A DNA stretch of 64,000 nt from the NCBI RefSeq assembly GCF_009914755.1, contig NC_060931.1, one strand, 5' to 3'. Within the stretch, counting starts at the first letter, position 1. Every line of letters starts with the position of its first letter. A program made the position numbers and the translations under genes. This DNA is from the human T2T-CHM13v2.0 reference genome, Homo sapiens. Shown one piece after another: positions 1 through 15,118 of this stretch. Below the pieces are notes generated by a model that had not been told where the DNA came from, made no database searches, and saw only the letters and a program-made list of their open reading frames with translations.

Positions 1-119
1 TGGTTAAAACAAACGGTGCTTAGATTCTGCTAGTTTTTCTTCTTCACAAAATTTAATTTGCCTTTTTTTAATGAAAGATATTAAGGAGAAAAAAAGGACT
101 TTGGAATTTAATTGGGCTG

Positions 120-325
120 GTTGGCATCCCAGGCTCACTATTAATAGCTTTAGGGAGATTATGTAACCTCTCTGAGAATCTGTTTTGTTGTTTTGTTTTC
201 CACAAAGTGGTAAAATACAGTGTAACTCATAGAAGTATTGCAGAAATTGACATGAGAGCCAATGTAACATACTTAGTACAGTGCCCAGCATCTGCATTAT
301 CCTTAATAAATGGTAGTTATTATTT
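120..325 (+). mobile_element. MIR SINE remnant
   Basis: MIR core-like text (aacctctctgag...cttagtacagtgcccagca...taataaatggtagttattatt). Confidence 0.6.
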
Positions 326-580
326 AGCAGGAAGCCAACTAGTGATGTTGGTGAACCTACATGCCTTTCGTTCCTCACTCCCTCCTTATCCCTTTTATTG
401 TTTCTCTCCAAATTACAGCAGGTGCTTCCATATCATCTCATTCCCCCGATACCCAGGGCACTACCACTTCCATACCTATCCCAGGTATCTGATAACCACG
501 TGACCTGGGGTCCAGTATTTCCACATTTCCTGGCCTTGCTCTTCCTGTTGGGTAATATTTTCTTAGAATGTCCTGATTCT

Positions 581-803
581 GGCCGGGCACGGTGGCTCAC
601 GCCTATAATCCCAACACTTTGGGAGGCCGAGGTGGGCAGATCACGAGGTCAGGAGATAGAGACCATCCTGGCTAACACGATGAAACCCCGTCCCTACTAA
701 AACTACAAATATTAGCCAGGGCTGGTGGCACGCGCCTGTAGTCCCAGCTACTCAGGAGGCTGAGGCAGGAGAATCACTTGAACCCGGGAAGCGGAGGTTG
801 CAG
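581..803 (+). mobile_element. Alu, 3'-truncated
   Basis: GGCCGGGCACGGTGGCTCAC start; stops at gcggaggttgcag. Confidence 0.9.
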
Positions 804-820
804 TAATAATAAAATAATAG

Positions 821-1179
<359 letters not shown>

Positions 1180-1240
1180 TTAGTCACGAGTAAAACATAG
1201 TAATATAAATGCACTGGTTTATAAGAAGATGGTTGGATCC

Positions 1241-1631
1241 TGATATGGTTTGGATCTGTGTCCCTACCAAATCTCATGTTGAAATGTAATCCCCAGTGTT
1301 GGAGGTGGGACCTGGTGGGAGGTGTTTGAGCAGGTCCCTCATGGCTTGGTGCTGTCCTAGCAATAGTGAGTGACTACTCATGAGATCTGGTTGTTGTAAA
1401 GTGTGGCACATACCCCGCCTCCCCCTCCTTGCTCCCACTCTTGCCATGTGAGATGCCTGCCACACTTCGCCTTCTGCTGTGATTGTAAGCTTCCTGAGGC
1501 CTTACCAGAAGCAGTTGCCAGCACTATGCTACCTGTACAGCCTGCAGAACCATCTGCCAATTAAACCTCTTTTCTTATAAATTCGTCAGCCTCATGTATT
1601 TCTTTATAACAATGCAAGAACATGCTAACAC
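1241..1631 (+). mobile_element. MaLR solo LTR (MSTA-like)
   Basis: TGATATGGTTTGGATCTGTGTCCC start, ...gctaacaca end. Confidence 0.85.
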
Positions 1632-2369
1632 AAGTCAAAATTATATACCTGACAAAATGAAATAAAACAAATATTAAGATTTTTTTTCTTCTAACAGGTA
1701 ATCTTATGAAGCCTTTGAACCAAATTTTGGGTGAAGAAATTTGAGTCAGTTACTAATATACTGGATTGGACAATGCATCGTTAACTATGAAAATGTGACT
1801 GAATTATGTGAGGAGGCTCAAAAGATAAGAATCATTCTAACAAGGTCTGTACCATATTTTCTTGCTCTCAATTCTTCATTTTTGAAGAGTGTTACCTTTC
1901 CTTTCAGTATAGGGAGGGTGCCTTTTATATGAGAGTTCCATCTTTTGCCTTTAAGAAACAGCACAAATGTCAAAGTGATTTTATTTTATATCTACTGGGT
2001 TTCAAGTGTCTTTACCTAAATAGTAAGAATGCCAGAATAGCTGAGGAGTTTTGGAAAAAGAGTTTAGCTTAGAGAGGGATGAGGGTGAGAAGGTGTAGAA
2101 AGGGTTCAGAGAAGAAAGAGTCTCAGCTAGCTTTCAGACAGTATTTAGCAGTGATGTAATCTTTGAGTCCTAAATGTGTTTTGAAAGTCTTGAGATACAG
2201 TTTGAGTTATGGGTCCTATTTGGATTGTATGATGTTATAGCTATGATCTTTTATTTTAGTTTTAAGAAAAACAGACTGACTGATCCCCATAGTGTTTGAA
2301 TATGTCACCAGCTGGAGTCCCAGAAGCAGGGAATTATCTTGGCATGCCATTGAACTTTGAGAACCCAAG

Positions 2370-2706
2370 ATATGGTTTGGATTTGTGTCCCTGACCAAAT
2401 CTCATGTCAAATTGTAATTTTCAGTGTTGGAGATAGGGCCTGGTGGAAGGTGATTGGATCATGAGGGCAGAGTTCTCATAAGTGGTTCAGCACCATACCC
2501 ACTTGGTACTATATAGCGAGTGAGTTATCGGGAGATGTGGTTGTTTAAAAGTGTGTAGCACCTCCCCCCTCTCTCTTCCTCCTGCTCTGGCCATGTAAGG
2601 CCTGCCTGCTTCCCCTTTGCCTTTTGCCATGATTGAAAGTTTCCTGAGGCTGTTAGGCTTTCTGTACGGCCTGCAGAACCATGAGCCAATTAAACCTCTT
2701 TTCTTG
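2370..2706 (+). mobile_element. MaLR LTR (MSTA-like), 3'-truncated
   Basis: gatatggtttggatttgtgtccc...gagccaattaaacctcttttctt. Confidence 0.8.
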
Positions 2707-3128
2707 GTTGTAGGTGGAGCCAAATGCAACAACTTATCCTTCACCATAGAAGGAATTTTTTTTTGAGGTTTATTTGAATTGATTGGCATTTTTTAAAAAT
2801 ATCAATAGGTTTTGGGGAACAGGTGGTGTTTGGTTACATGAATCAGTTCTTTAGTGATGATTTCTGAGAGTTTGGTGTATCCGTCACCCAAGCAGTATAC
2901 ACTGTACCCAATGTGTAGTCTTTTATCCTCACCCCTGCTTCCACCCTTTCCTCTGAGTCCCCAAAGTCCATTGTTTTATTCTTATGCCTGTGCGTCCTCA
3001 TAGCTTAGCTCTGAGTTATGAGTGAGAACATATGATGTTTAGTTTTCCATTCCTGAGTTACTTCACTTAGAATAATGGTCTCCAGTTCCATCCAGGTTGC
3101 TGCAAATGCCATAATTACTTTTCTTTTT

Positions 3129-3775
<647 letters not shown>

Positions 3776-6572
3776 ACCACATACCACATTTTCTTTATCC
3801 ACTAATTGATTGATGGGCATTTGGGCTGGTTCCATATCTTTGCAATTGCGAATTGTGCTGCTATAAATATGCACATGCAAATATCTTTTTCATATAATGA
3901 CTTACTTTCCTCTGGGAAGATACCTAGTAGTGGGATTGCTGGATCAAATGGCAGATCTACTTTTAGTTTTTTAAGGAATCTCTACACTGTTTTCCATAGT
4001 GTTTTTACAATTTTTCATTCCCACCAGCAGTGTAAAAATGTTCCATTTTCACCACATCCATGCCAACATCTATCATATTCGATTTTTGTATTATGACCAT
4101 TCTGGCAGGAGTAAGATAGTATTGTGGTTTTAATTTGCATTTCTCTGATAATTAGCGATGTTAAGCATTTTTTCATGTTTTTTGGCTATTTATGTATCTT
4201 CTTTTGAGAATTGTCTATTCATGTCCTTAGCCCACTTTTTGATGTTTTTCTTTTTGTTTTTTTTTTTTCTTGCTGATTTATTTGAGTCCCTTGTAGATTC
4301 TGGATATAAGTCTTTTGTCAGATGTATGGATTGTGATGATTTTCTGCCACTCTGTGGGTTATCTGTTTACTCTGCTGATTATTTCTTTTGCTATGCAGAA
4401 GCTTTTTAGTTTAATTAAGTCCATTCTATTTATCTTTCTCTTTGTTGCATCTGCTTTTGGGTTCTTGGTCACAGTCTTTGCCTAAGCCACTGTCAAGAAG
4501 GATTTTTCCGAGGTTCTTTTTTAGAATTTTTACAGTTTCAGGTCTTAAGTTTAAGCCTTTGATCCGTCTTGAGTTAATTTTTGTATAAGGTGAGAGAGGA
4601 GGATTCAGTTTCATTCTCCTACATGTGACTTGCCAATTATCCCAGCACCATTTGTTGAATTAGTGTCCTTTCCCCACTTTATGCTTTTTTTGCTTTGTCA
4701 AAGATCAGTTGACTGTAGGTATTTGGCTTTATATCTGGGTTCCCTATTCTGTTCCACTGGTCTATATGCCTGTTTTTAGACCAGTACCATGCTGTTTTGG
4801 TGACTATGCCCGTACAGTATTGTTTGAAGTCAGGTAATCTAATGCCTCCAGATTTGTTCTTTTTGCTTCGTATTGCTTTGGCTGTGCAGGCTCTTTTTTC
4901 ATTCCATATGAATTGTAGAATTGTTTTTCTAGTTCTGTGAAGAATTATGGTGGTATTTTGATGGGAATTTTGCATTAAATGTGTAGATTGCTTTTGGCAG
5001 TATGGTCATTTTCACAATATTGATTCTACTCATCAATGAGTATGGGATGTATTTCCATTTGTTTGTGTTGTCTATGATTTCTTTCAGCAGCATTTTGTAG
5101 TTTTCCTTGTAGAGGTCTTTTACCTTCTTGGTTAGGTATATTATTATTTTATTTTATTTTATTTTTTCAGCTGTAGTAAAAGCGGTTGAGTTCTTGATTT
5201 GATTCTTAGCTTGGTTGCTGTTGGTGGATAGCAGGGCTACTGTTGGTGGATAGCAGGACTAATGCGTACATTAATTTTGTATCTGAAACTTTGCTGAATT
5301 CATTTACCAAATTCTAGAAGGTTTTTGGATGAGTCTTTAGGGTTTTCTAGGTATACGATCATGTCATCAGCAAACAGTAACAGTTTGACTTCCTCTTTAC
5401 CAGTTTGGATGCCCTTTATTTCTTTCTCTTGTCTGATTGCTCTGGCTAGCACTTCAGCACTATGTTGAATAGAAGTGGGGAAAGTGGGCATCCTTGTCTT
5501 GTTCCAGTTCTCAGAGGAAATGCTTTCAACTTTTCCCCGTTCAGTATAATGTTGTCATAGATGGCTCTTATTATGTTAAGGTATGTCTCTTCTATGTCAG
5601 TTTTGCAGAGGGTTTTAATCATAAAGTGATGCTGGATTTTGTCAAATACTTTTTATGCATCTATTGAGATGATCATGTGATTTTTGTTTTTAATAGTTTG
5701 TGTGGTTTATCACATCTGTTGACTTGAGCATGTTAAACCATCCCTGCATCCCTAGTATGAAACCCAGTTGATCATAGTGGATTATCTTTTTGATATGCTG
5801 TTGAATCTGGTTAGCTAGTATTTTGTCAAGGACTTTTGCATCTATATTTATTAGGGATGTTGGTCTGTAGTTTTCTTTTTTGTGCTATGTCCATTTCTGG
5901 TTTTGGTATTAGGGTGATACTGGCTTCATAGAATGATTTAGGGAGTATTCCCTCTTTCTCTGTCTTTTGGAATAGTGTCAATTGAATTGGTACCAATTCT
6001 TCTTTGAATGTCTGATAGAATTTGGCTGTGATTCCATCTGGCACTGGACTTTTTTTTCTTAACTTTTAAATTACTATTTCAGTCTCACTGCTTGTTATTG
6101 GTCTGTTCAGAGTTTCTATTTCTTCATGGTTTAATCCAGGAGGGTTGTATATTTCCAGAAGTTTATCCATCTCCTCTAGGTTTTCTAGTTTATACACATA
6201 AAGGTGTTCATAGTAGCCTTGAATGATCTTTTGTATTTCTGTGATATTGGTTGTCATAGCTCTCATTTCATTTCTAATTGAGCTTATTTGGATCTTCTCC
6301 TTCTCTTGGTTAATCTTCCTAATGGTCTATCAATTTTATTTATGTTTTCAAAGAACTGCTTTTTGTTTCATTTATTGTTTGTATTTTTGTTTGTTTCAAT
6401 TTCATTTAGTTGTGCTCTAATCTTTGTTATTTATTTTCTTCTCCTGGGTTAGGTTTTGGATTGATCTTGATTCTCCAGTTCCATGAGGTGTGACCTTAGA
6501 TTGTCTATTTGTGCTCGTTCAGACTTTTTGATGTAGGCATTCAATGCTATGAACTTTCCTCTTAGCACCATC

Positions 6573-6926
6573 TGTATTAGTCCATTTTCACACTGCTGAT
6601 AAAGACATACCTGAGACTGTGAAATTTATAAAAGAAAGAGGTTTAATGGACTTACAGTTCCACATGAATGGGAAGGCCTCACAATCGTGGGAGAAGGTGA
6701 AAGGCACATCTCACATGAGGGCAGACAAGAGAAGAGAGAAGAGAGCTTGTGCAGCGAAAGTCTCCTTTTAAAATCATCAGACCTTGTGAGACTTACTCAC
6801 TATCGTGAGAACAGCACAGCAAAGACCTGCCCCGATGATTCTGTGAGTTATCTCCCACTGGGTCCCTCCTACAACACATAGAAATTCAAGATGAGATTTT
6901 AGTGGAGACACAGCCAAACCATATCA
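6573..6926 (-). mobile_element. THE1 solo LTR inside L1 ORF2
   Basis: TGTATTAGTCCATTTTCAC...CCAAACCATATCA; degenerate 5-bp TSD CCATC/CTGTC. Confidence 0.9.
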
Positions 6927-9914
6927 CTGTCTTTGCAGTATCCCAGAGGTTTTGATAGGATGTGTCACTATTATCATTCAGTTCAAAAGTCTTTTAAATT
7001 TTCGTCTTGATTTCATTGTTGACCCAATGATCACTCAGGAGCAGGTTATTTAATTTCCATGTATTTGCATGGTTTTGAGAGTTTCTTTTGGAGTTGATTT
7101 CCAATTTTATTGCACTGCAGTCTGAGAGACCACACACTTGCTGTAATTTCAATTTTCTTAAATTGGTTGAGATTTGTTTTGTGGCCTATCACATGGTCTA
7201 GCACTTGGTCCATGTGCTAATGAATAGAATTCATATTCTGCAGTTGTTGGGTAGAATGTTCTGTAAATATATGTTAGGTCCATTTGTTTAGGGTATAGTT
7301 TAATTCCATTGTTTCTTTGTTGACTTTCTGTCTTCATGGCCTGTCTACTGCTGTCAGTGCAGTATTAATGTACCCCACCATTATTGTGTTGCTGTCTACT
7401 TCATTTCTTAGGTCTAGTAGTAATTCTATAAATTTTTTATAAATTTATAAATTTAGTATTTTTAAATTTATAAAATTAAATAAATTTATCAAATTAGTAG
7501 TTTTATAAATTTGAGAGCTCCCATGTTAGATTCATATATATTTAGGATTACAATATTTTCCCATTGGATTAGTCCTTCTATTGTTAATGTCCCTGTTTGT
7601 CTTCTTTAACTGCTCTTGCTTTAAAATTTGTTTTGTCTGATATAAGAATAGCTACTCCCTTTTAGTGTCCATTTACATGTGATATCTTTTTCCATCCCTT
7701 CATCTTAAGTTTATGTGAGTCCTTAAGTGTCAGGTGAGTCTCTTAAAGACAGCACATACTTGGCTGGTGAATTCTTATCCATTCTGCCATTCTGTATCTT
7801 TTAAGTGGAGCATTTAGGCCATTTACATTCAATGTTAGTATTGAGATGTGAGATGCTATTCTATTCATCATGCTATTTGTTGCCTGAATACCTTTGGGTT
7901 TCTTTTTTTTTTTAATTGTGTTGTTGTTTTCTAAGTCCTGTGAGATTTGCGCTTTAAGGAGATTCTACTTTGGTGTATTTTGAAAATTTGTTTCAAGATT
8001 TAGAGCTCTCTTTAGCAGTTTTTGTCATGATGGCTTGGTAGTGGCAAATTATCTCAGCATTTTTTTTGTCTGAAAAAGACTGTATCTTTCCTTCATTATG
8101 AAGCATGGTTTCACTGGATACAAAATTCTTAGCTGGTAATAGTTTTGTTTAAGGAGGCTAAAGATAGGACCACAATCATTTCCAGCTTGTAGGGTGTCTA
8201 CTGAGAAATCTGCTGTTAATCTGATAGATTTTCTTCTACAGGTTACCTGATGCTTTTGCCTCACAGCTTTTAAGATTCTTTCCTTCATCTTGACTTTAGA
8301 TAACTTTATGACTATGTGCTTAGGCGATGATCTTTTTGCAATAAATTTTTCAGGGCTTCTTTGAGCTTCTTATATTTGGATGTCTGGATCTCTAGCAAGG
8401 CCAGGAACTTTTCCTTAATTATTCCCTCAAATATGTTTTCCAAACTTTTAGATCTCTTAGGAACACCAATTATTCTTAGGTTTGGTCATTTAACATAATC
8501 CCAAACTTCTTAGAGGCTTTGTTCATTTTTTAAAATTCTTTTTTCTTTGTCTTTGTCGGATCGGGTTAATTCAAAAGCCTTGTCTTCAAGCTCTAAAGTT
8601 CTTTCTTCTACTTGTTCAATTCTATTGCTGAGACTTTCCAGTGCATTTTGCACTTCTCAAAGTGTGTCATTCATTTGCAGAAGTTGTGGCTGTTTTTTTA
8701 TCTATGCTATCTATTTCACTGGAGATTTTTCCATTTATATCCTGTATCTGTTTTTGATTTCTTTACGTTGTACTTCACCTTTCTCTGGTGCTTTCTTGAT
8801 TGGCTTATTAGTTAACTTTCTGAATTCTTTTTCTGGCTATTCAGATATTTCATCTTGGTTTGGATCCATCAATGGATGGTGAGCTAGTGTGATTTTTGGG
8901 GGGTGTTAAAGAACCTTGTTTTGTCGTATTACCAGAATTGTTTCTCTGGTTTCTTCTCATTTGGGCAGACTATGTTGAAGGGAAGATTTGGGACTCTAGG
9001 GCTGCTGTTCAGATTATTTTGTCCCACGGGGTGCTCTCTTGATGTGGTGCTCTCCCCTTTTCCCTAGAGATGGGGCTTCCTGAGAGCTGAACTGAAGTGA
9101 TTGTTATTACTTTTTTTGGATTTAGCCACCCAGTGGAGCTACCGTGCTCTGGGCTGGCAGTGGGCAGGGCCATAGAGCTCCCAAGTTATTATGTTTTTAG
9201 TCTTAGGCTACCATGGTGGGTAGAGAAAGACCATCAGGTGGAGGCAAGGTTAGGCCTGTCTGAGCTCAGACTCTCCTTAGGTGGGGCTTGCTGTGGCTGC
9301 TCTGGGGATGAGGGTGTGGTTTCCAGGCCAATAAAGTTATATTCCCAGAGAGATTATGGCTGCCTCTGCTGCATTACATGTGTTGCCAGAAAAGTGGGAG
9401 AATGCCGGCAGCCACAGGCCTCATCCATCTCCTATACAGTCCAAGCCCGAAAAGTCAGTCTCACTCAGATGGGCTTTGGAAACCCAGAAAGCCACTAAGT
9501 ATTCCCAAAATGTCTCTCCTCCAAAATTTATTTCACAGTCTCTCTGAGATGATATATCAGGGCAAATGAAAATCTTAGAAGTCTTTTAAAATAAATATTG
9601 ATGAAAAGCTTTAACTGTCATATTGAGCAAGTAACCTTAACTTGCTGCATCTGCCAGAAATATAATTCAGATTTTTAAAAATGAAGCATAAATCAGAACT
9701 AATTCATATAAATTAGTGAGTTTTGCATTTCTGTATTTATACCTGACTTATGACTAAAATTTTAGAATGAAAGCTATAAGATCTCTATGTGCATCTGCCT
9801 GTATGTTTACGTATATGCAGGTATGTTGTGTAGATGTGATATTTATCTACCTCCAAATAGTATTGCCAAAATCACCTAAAGAGCTCTAATTGGTTTAGAA
9901 GTAAATACGTGCTC

Positions 9915-10208
9915 CACCAGGTGCAGTGGCTCACTCCTGTAATCCCAGCACTTTGGGAGGTCGAGGCAGGCAGATCACTTGAGGCCAGGAGTTCAAGACC
10001 AGCCTGGCCAGTATGGCTAAACCACATCTCTACAAGAGATACAAAAAAAAATTGGCCAGACGTGGTAGCGCATGCCTGTAATCCCAGCTACTCAGGTGGC
10101 TGAGACACAAGAATTGCTTGAATGTGGGAGGTGGAGGTTGCAGGGAGTCAGGATTGCGCCACTACAATCCAGCCTGGGTGACAGAGTGAGACTCTATCTC
10201 AAAAATAA
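9915..10208 (+). mobile_element. Alu (AluS-like)
   Basis: Dimer; TSD AAGTAAATA(C/A)GTGCT. Confidence 0.93.
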
Positions 10209-10264
10209 AAGTAAATAAGTGCTTTTAAGTATTCCTAAAACTCTCAGAAATATAGGAACTAACC

Positions 10265-10713
10265 TGTCAACCTAAAATAATCAAAAGAGTCAGAATGCAG
10301 TTTAAAGAGAGCTTATTCAAGAGCAAATATTGAGGACTGCAACCCAGGACACACTTCCAAGTTGCCTTGGGGATTGTACCAGAGAACAAAAGAGAGGCTT
10401 AAATTTTTCAAGAAAAAAAGAATGAATCAGGAGAGGGGGTGATTACAAATGTTTTTTGTCAGGAATTCTCATGGTTTATAGAAATAACATTGGTTAGTGA
10501 TTGGTTATACATTGTTGAACTACAGAATGTATGGCATTTTATGACTACTTGGCGTCTGTTAGTCTAGATCCCACAGAGCAAGTGGCCCCAAGAGATAATT
10601 ATTTAGTTCACAGGGGACTGAGACATAACTGCTATTATATTTTAAATGCCTTTCTGGGACTGATAACTTAAAGGGGCTCACATCCCTGAGATAAAAGGTT
10701 TTTTTCTTTCTCA
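10265..10713 (-). mobile_element. ERV1 solo LTR (MER65-like)
   Basis: TG...CA ends, 4-bp TSD AACC (10261-64, 10714-17); related to the element at 20129. Confidence 0.75.
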
Positions 10714-11188
10714 AACCCAAATGCTTTTCAAGTTCATATGATTTGGGAAAACCTTTAGCAAATAAAACTAATTTAATATTATTGGCTTAATAAAAACAGG
10801 TTTGTCTTCAGAGTTGTTATCATTAAATATAATGCAGACATGCATTTTTATTCTACCTGGGTTTACTAGTCAAATACATTTATGTTATCTCTGCTGGATA
10901 TTTAAGATTATAAAATTATAAATTCAATCTAAGAAAAAATATACAGTAAAAATGAATTGCATGATGTATGTCAAACATGGCAATATAAAGAAGCCATATG
11001 TTTAACTTTTTAGGTTTTTTGCTTCTGTGAGTTTTGATACTTGCCTAATAAGAAACTAACTTAAGATGATGGCTGCTTTATTTAATATCTCATGAAATCA
11101 TCCTGAAGAATCCAAGAATACTTGCTAAGAACATGTGAATTAAATGGATGTTAGATAATGGTTAATAAATGAATTTCTCAACAATAAA

Positions 11189-11808
11189 TGAGACTGAGCT
11201 GGGACTCCCTCTTAGGGGCCTGACCAGCCCCTCCCCACCCCAAGGATGGGGAAATAAAGTCTGGAGTTCCCTCAAGGGAAATTCCAGGCACCTAGCTAAC
11301 TCTGAGAGGTAAATAAGTAACTTCTTAAGCAAGAAGATAATAGAAGCCTAAAACCATAGCCAAGAAAGTTAGAGTCTAAATATGTTTGACTTATCTATAG
11401 AAACTAAAGGAAACATCTTAACATATATCCCTGAGTTGTTATTTCAGAAACCTGGACCCCAACCTGGACCCTCACCAAATGGATCTACTGTCAGGTAGAT
11501 CTCAGATAAGGGGGAGTTGAGGACTAAACTGACCTCCATTCTTTGTTCTAAATTTCCTCCTGGGGGGCCTGAAGAAGGTCACACCCAGGGGCTAGAGCTA
11601 ACATTCTTTTCTGCTGCTCCCAAATTTTTAAACAAAGCTTCTCTTCCTTAAGCAATTGCAAGTCAGAAAATCTTAGAATCTACCTGCAAGCTGTAAGCCC
11701 CGGCTTCCAGATATCCCACCCTTTTAGGCCAAAGCCAATGTATGATCCATGTATGATTTGTCCATAACTTCTACTCTCCTGAAATTTACCTCTGCCTTTA
11801 AAAGCCCT
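11189..11808 (+). mobile_element. ERV1 LTR (MER4-family-like), 3'-truncated
   Basis: TGAGACTGAGCTGGGACTCCCTCTTAGGGGCC...aagggaaattccaggcacctagcta. Confidence 0.7.
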
Positions 11809-11897
11809 TGGCTGGGTACGGTTGCTCATGCCCGTAATCCCAGTACTTTGGGAGGCCAAGGTGGGGGAATCACTTGAGGTCAGGGGTTCAAGACCTG
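11809..11897 (+). mobile_element. Alu left-monomer fragment
   Basis: ggctgggtacggttgctcatgcccgtaatcccag...ggttcaagacc. Confidence 0.85.
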
Positions 11898-11899
11898 TC

Positions 11900-12101
11900 T
11901 TAAAGTCATAGCAGGTCGTTTCAGCAGCTACTAGGTAGAACTGGTGTCGGTTACAGCAGGCCCTTTCAGCAGCTGGATTTAAGGAAAATTCAATTATTAG
12001 ATCTGGTGCTATGTACCTGAGTGCTTTTTACCCCTGGCCCCTTCACTCTGATTTAGTTGGATATGACAAAAACGATCCAACTTGTACAATCAACTTTAAC
12101 A
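11900..12101 (-). mobile_element. ERV1 LTR fragment (MER31-like)
   Basis: ends ctctgatttagttggatatgacaaaaacgatccaacttgtacaatcaactttaaca. Confidence 0.55.
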
Positions 12102-12237
12102 TATATTGGCATATTTACCTTTAATTAAGGAAAGGTTCCCTTATTATAAGGAGTGAGTCCAGAGTAGAAATTATAATCACCACACCCAGTCCAGTAAAGG
12201 GGGTATTGGTGGACAGGGACCTTCATAATGTAAAATT

Positions 12238-13009
<772 letters not shown>

Positions 13010-13108
13010 ATTTGGAGGTAGATAAATATCACATCTACACAGGGTACATACATATACATAAACATACAGACAGATGCACGTAGAGATCTTATAAAATTTT
13101 AGCCATGA

Positions 13109-13485
<377 letters not shown>

Positions 13486-13592
13486 TCTGCTTCATTTTTT
13501 AAAATCTGAATTATATTTCTAGCAGATGTAGCAAGTTAAGATTACTTGCTCAATATGAGGGCTAAAGCTTTTTAACAATATTTATTTTTAAA

Positions 13593-14094
13593 TGTTAGAT
13601 ATGAGTTCTAAATTTCTCTTCAAATAATCAATATGTCAGTATGTTCAATTCTTTGCCTTCTACTTTTAAACTTAACTTCCTCGTAAAGCAACCTTTTTCG
13701 ATCACCTGCTCCACCCTGACTCATTCTGATCACCTGCACCATACTGACTCACTCCATTCCTATCACCTGCTCCACCCTGATTTATTCCGATTACCTGCTC
13801 TGCCCTGACTCATTCTGATCACCTGCCCCACCCTGACTCATTCCAATTACCTGCTCCACCCTGACTCCATAACCATTTTAACATTAGCCAATAGGGGAAC
13901 CGCACAGCAGCAGGGGCCACGTGCTCAGGAATAAGAACCCCTTCCCCTCTCTTGGCCCAGGTGTGCACTCACCTTTGCTCCATCTGTGAGGGAGCACCCT
14001 TCTGTAGAAGTAAATTGCCTTGCTGAGAAGAAAAAAAGAAAATTTTACATTTGAGTGTTATTTCTTTTGCAGCACCAAAACTTTATTTATAACA
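13593..14094 (+). mobile_element. 5' LTR (LTR10-like)
   Basis: TG...CA; CCAAT 13888, TATA-like ATAAGAA ~13931, AGTAAA 14009. Confidence 0.88.
13701..13868 (+). repeat. ~28-bp tandem repeat, six units, carrying AP-1 sites
   Basis: Unit ATCACCTGCTCCACCCTGACTCATTCTG; perfect TGACTCA at 13717, 13745, 13806, 13834. Confidence 0.92.
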
Positions 14095-14929
14095 ATTTGG
14101 GGTTACATTCCCCTCTGGGGGCAGTCTGTGTTTCTTTCTTGTGAGAAGGCATGTCCCACCCCTTGTGGTGGCCTCAGGGGTGAGAAATCAGGACCCACTC
14201 AGTGCCAGGAATAACACGAGCTCTCAGCAACACAGAAAGAAACTGGTTGGCAACCTGGGGTAAAGGATCCTCACATACTTGTGGTGATGACTCTGTGCAC
14301 AGACCAAGGAAGGAGAAGCCATGGGAGCCAGTAAAGTACTTCCTTGGTAGTCAAATTCTGGAGGGCTGAATGTATGTGTGCATGAATCATCACAAACAAC
14401 CCTATTTGCGGTGTTGTTCATGTGGATGGTGATAAGTTCTACTGCTGGACGGAGTGAGTGGGTCCTCTCTGTGTTTCCGTAGCTACCTCATATGGCTTAG
14501 GGTGGATCCTCCCATAGGATTTATACCGGCACACCAACACTAAGACGATCCTAATTCCCCCTTAGGGGAGTGGCCAGAGAGGACAGCATGAGTGGGAAGT
14601 GTGCAAAGGACCTTCAGAGTGGGGAAGGGGGAGAAACAGGTCAACCTCCCAGGACAGGCAAGGCAAGACATCCCTGGTTTGAGGGGTTGAGGCTTCCGGG
14701 ACAGGCAAGGCAAGACACCGCTGGTTTGAGTGGTTGAGCCTTCTGCAAATTTCAGGGGGTTGAACCTCACACAAACCTCGGTAGTAAAAAATATATATGT
14801 ATATTCAGAACTCCCCTTTCCTTTCTTCTCAGGGGAAGAAAGAGTAGCTCCACTCCCGCCAGTCCCTCCCCGAGGGGAAGGGGAAGGAGAGGGGAGAACA
14901 GCAGCATGAGCGGCTGACAGAGGCAGAGA

Positions 14930-15118
14930 AAGACCAGCAGAGAGGAAAGAGAAACTGGGAGAGGAAGTCAGAAATAGAGAGAAAGAGACAGAGAGTCAGA
15001 GAGAGAGAGAAAGAGAGAGGCAGGGAGAGGGAGAAAGAGACAGAAAAAGAAGAAGTCAAAGAGAGAGAGAGAAAGAGAGAGGGAGTCAAAGAAAGAAAGA
15101 GAAGTGATAAAGAGAAAA
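14930..15118 (+). repeat. GA-rich low-complexity tract in the ERV leader
   Basis: (GA)n/GAAA repeats. Confidence 0.85.

Larger units (their letters stand above)
9471..11185 (+). mobile_element. ERV1 (MER4-group-like) internal sequence, interrupted by an Alu and an LTR
   Basis: AT-rich sequence resembling MER4-group internal regions; inverted homologue at 13010-13592; strand assigned by inference. Confidence 0.55.

Noticed and set aside
13701-13868. CRISPR-like appearance of the ~28-bp repeats
   Set aside because: Head-to-tail with no unique spacers, inside a retroviral LTR in primate DNA
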